Translations under genes and position numbers: made by a program
The notes under the pieces: generated by a model
The model's input: the letters and a program-made list of their open reading frames with translations, nothing else
What the model was told of the DNA's origin: nothing
Database searches by the model: none
Shown: piece after piece, positions 62,674 through 64,000 of the stretch
Position numbering within the stretch: the stretch's first letter is position 1
How the letters are laid out: each line of letters begins with the position of its first letter
NCBI GenBank assembly: GCA_964631605.1
Contig: CAZVYG010000005.1
Location: 39,858-103,857, forward strand
Direction of reading: 5' to 3'
Source of the DNA: an uncultured Verrucomicrobiota bacterium
Lineage (GTDB): Bacteria; Verrucomicrobiota; Verrucomicrobiia; Limisphaerales; UBA8199
Length of the DNA stretch: 64,000 nt

Positions 62674-64000
62674 ATGCCTCTCTTGAACCGCCCCGCGACG
62701 CTCCTGGCCGGCCTCATCCTCTGCGGCGCGCCCGCACCCGGGCGCGCCGAGGCGGAGCAACCCCCCCGTTTGCGGGCGTTTCCGACCGCGGAGGGCTACG
62801 GTCAATACGCCCAAGGGGGACGGGGCGGCCGGGTGATTGCCGTCACCAACTTGAACGACAGCGGGCCTGGAAGCTTTCGAGCGGCGGTCGAGGCGGAGGG
62901 GCCGCGCACGGTCGTCTTTCACGTTTCCGGCCTGATCACGCTCGAGTCGAAACTGGTGGTCCGCAATCCCTTCCTCACGGTGGCGGGTCAGACCGCGCCC
63001 GGCAAAGGCATCTGCCTGCGAAAGTATAATTTCGGCGTCTATGGCACTCACGATGTCATCATTCGCTACCTGCGCGTGCGGCCGGGGAACCTCTCGGGCC
63101 AGACGCTGGACGGCATGGGCCTGGCCTACAGCGACCACTCGATCGTGGATCATTGCTCGATCAGTTGGACGCTGGATGAAGCGTTCAGCTCCCGCGGCGC
63201 CACCAACATCACCCTCCAGCGCACCCTGATTTCCGAGGCGCTGAACGAGGCCGGCCACAAAAAGTATCCGCCCGGCACCCAGCATGGATACGCCGCGAGC
63301 ATCGGGGGCATGATCGGCAGTTTTCACCACAACCTGCTGGCGCATTGCGCGGGGCGGAACTGGAGCCTGGCCGGCGGGCTGGACAAGCAGAAGCGGCACA
63401 CCGGCTGGCTGGATGTGCGTAACAACCTCGTTTACAATTGGAAGAACCGGACGACCGATGGCGGCGCCGCCAAGGTCCAGTTCGTCAACAACTACTACAA
63501 GCCCGGCCCGGCAACCACCTTCTTCTTTGTGCTCAATCCGCAGCGGGAATGGGTGCACCTTTACGGACCGCAGGATTTCCATGCCGCGGGCAACATTCTC
63601 GAGGGACGGGTCAGTGCCGACCAGAAACTGGGAGGAGTGAAACTGCCCGCCACCCATGATTTCATGTTTGACGAGCCGTTTTTCGAGCCGCGGGTCAAAA
63701 CCCAATCCGCCGCCGAGTGTTACGAAGACATCCTGTCGAACGTCGGCTGTAACTCTCCAGTGCTGGACGAGCACGACCGCCGGGTGCTGGCCGAGGTGCG
63801 GCAGGGCACCGCCAAATACCGGGGCAGCCGCACTGGCCTGCCGGGCCTGCCCGATTCGCAGGAGGACGTCGGCGGCTGGGAGGACTACCCCGAAGTCCAC
63901 CGCCCGCCGGGTTGGGATAAAGACCTTGACGGGATGCCGGATGACTGGGAAAAAGCCCATGGCTTGGACCCGAACGATCCGGCCGACGGTAACCGCGACC
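62674..64000 (+). CDS. Pectate lyase (PL1), secreted; 3'-truncated by the window edge
   Basis: Not in the ORF track because it has no stop in the window. My frame-1 translation from ATG 62674 gives MPLLNRPATLLAGLILCGAPAPGRAEA, then AFPTAEGYGQYAQGGRGGRVIAVTNLNDSGPGSFR, VDHCSISWTLDE, FHHNLLAHCAGRNW, VRNNLVYNW, and finally DKDLDGMPDDWEKAHGLDPNDP at the edge. It is paralogous to the PL1 module of 40388..44848. Confidence 0.88.
   Translation, partial: MPLLNRPATLLAGLILCGAPAPGRAEAEQPPRLRAFPTAEGYGQYAQGGRGGRVIAVTNLNDSGPGSFRAAVEAEGPRTVVFHVSGLITLESKLVVRNPFLTVAGQTAPGKGICLRKYNFGVYGTHDVIIRYLRVRPGNLSGQTLDGMGLAYSDHSIVDHCSISWTLDEAFSSRGATNITLQRTLISEALNEAGHKKYPPGTQHGYAASIGGMIGSFHHNLLAHCAGRNWSLAGGLDKQKRHTGWLDVRNNLVYNWKNRTTDGGAAKVQFVNNYYKPGPATTFFFVLNPQREWVHLYGPQDFHAAGNILEGRVSADQKLGGVKLPATHDFMFDEPFFEPRVKTQSAAECYEDILSNVGCNSPVLDEHDRRVLAEVRQGTAKYRGSRTGLPGLPDSQEDVGGWEDYPEVHRPPGWDKDLDGMPDDWEKAHGLDPNDPADGNRD

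Noticed and set aside
62613-63029. 138-aa + strand ORF listed in the track at the start of the last gene region
   Set aside because: Wrong frame. Frame 1 from ATG 62674 gives a clean signal peptide and a PL1 pectate lyase collinear with the PL1 module of 40388..44848, running open to the window edge, which is why it is missing from the track.

Overview
GC-rich bacterial chromosomal window with about 40 protein-coding genes. I found no rRNA, tRNA or CRISPR array. Gene content points to a PVC-superphylum (Verrucomicrobiota-like) polysaccharide degrader; this is inferred from three H-X9-DG-type prepilin-like genes, several proteins rich in autotransporter-associated beta-strand (PATR) repeats, and Tat/Sec-exported CAZymes. 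Contents in order: (1) 1-13.8 kb, a pectin/rhamnogalacturonan locus with PL22, GH28, a PL11-PATR fusion, GH2 and a tandem CE12. (2) 13.9-19.8 kb, a Tat-signal DegT-family enzyme plus housekeeping genes (His6-type hisA, tyrA, dinG). (3) 19.9-29.9 kb, a sialic-acid cluster (GH33 sialidase, AGE-type epimerase, nanM-like mutarotase, MFS transporter), interrupted by a roughly 4 kb two-gene insert bracketed by imperfect direct repeats. (4) 30.0-35.6 kb, a MacAB-like efflux operon led by a Yip1-domain protein. (5) 36.2-47.4 kb, a prepilin-like gene, a PATR giant, a CE8-Ig-PL1 mosaic enzyme, GH28 and a beta-propeller GH-like protein. (6) 47.6-55.9 kb, an AraC regulator, then a 2.2 kb island flanked by perfect 50-bp direct repeats that duplicate the AraC 3' end (DprA/SLOG-like gene, two small genes, a truncated PLD-helicase N-terminus), then a Fe-ADH / DapA-family / DUF1537-kinase / SSS-transporter cluster. 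(7) 56.5-64.0 kb, a third prepilin-like gene, a 1716-aa PATR giant and a partial PL1. The signal most worth a second look is this recurrent cassette (pilin-like gene, PATR beta-helix giant, pectin-active enzyme), together with a roughly 60-70 aa C-terminal domain ending in [FY][FY]R[LV] that six secreted proteins in the window share. All family assignments come from motif recognition by eye; no searches were run. The many long antisense ORFs in the track are GC-driven shadow ORFs and were rejected.
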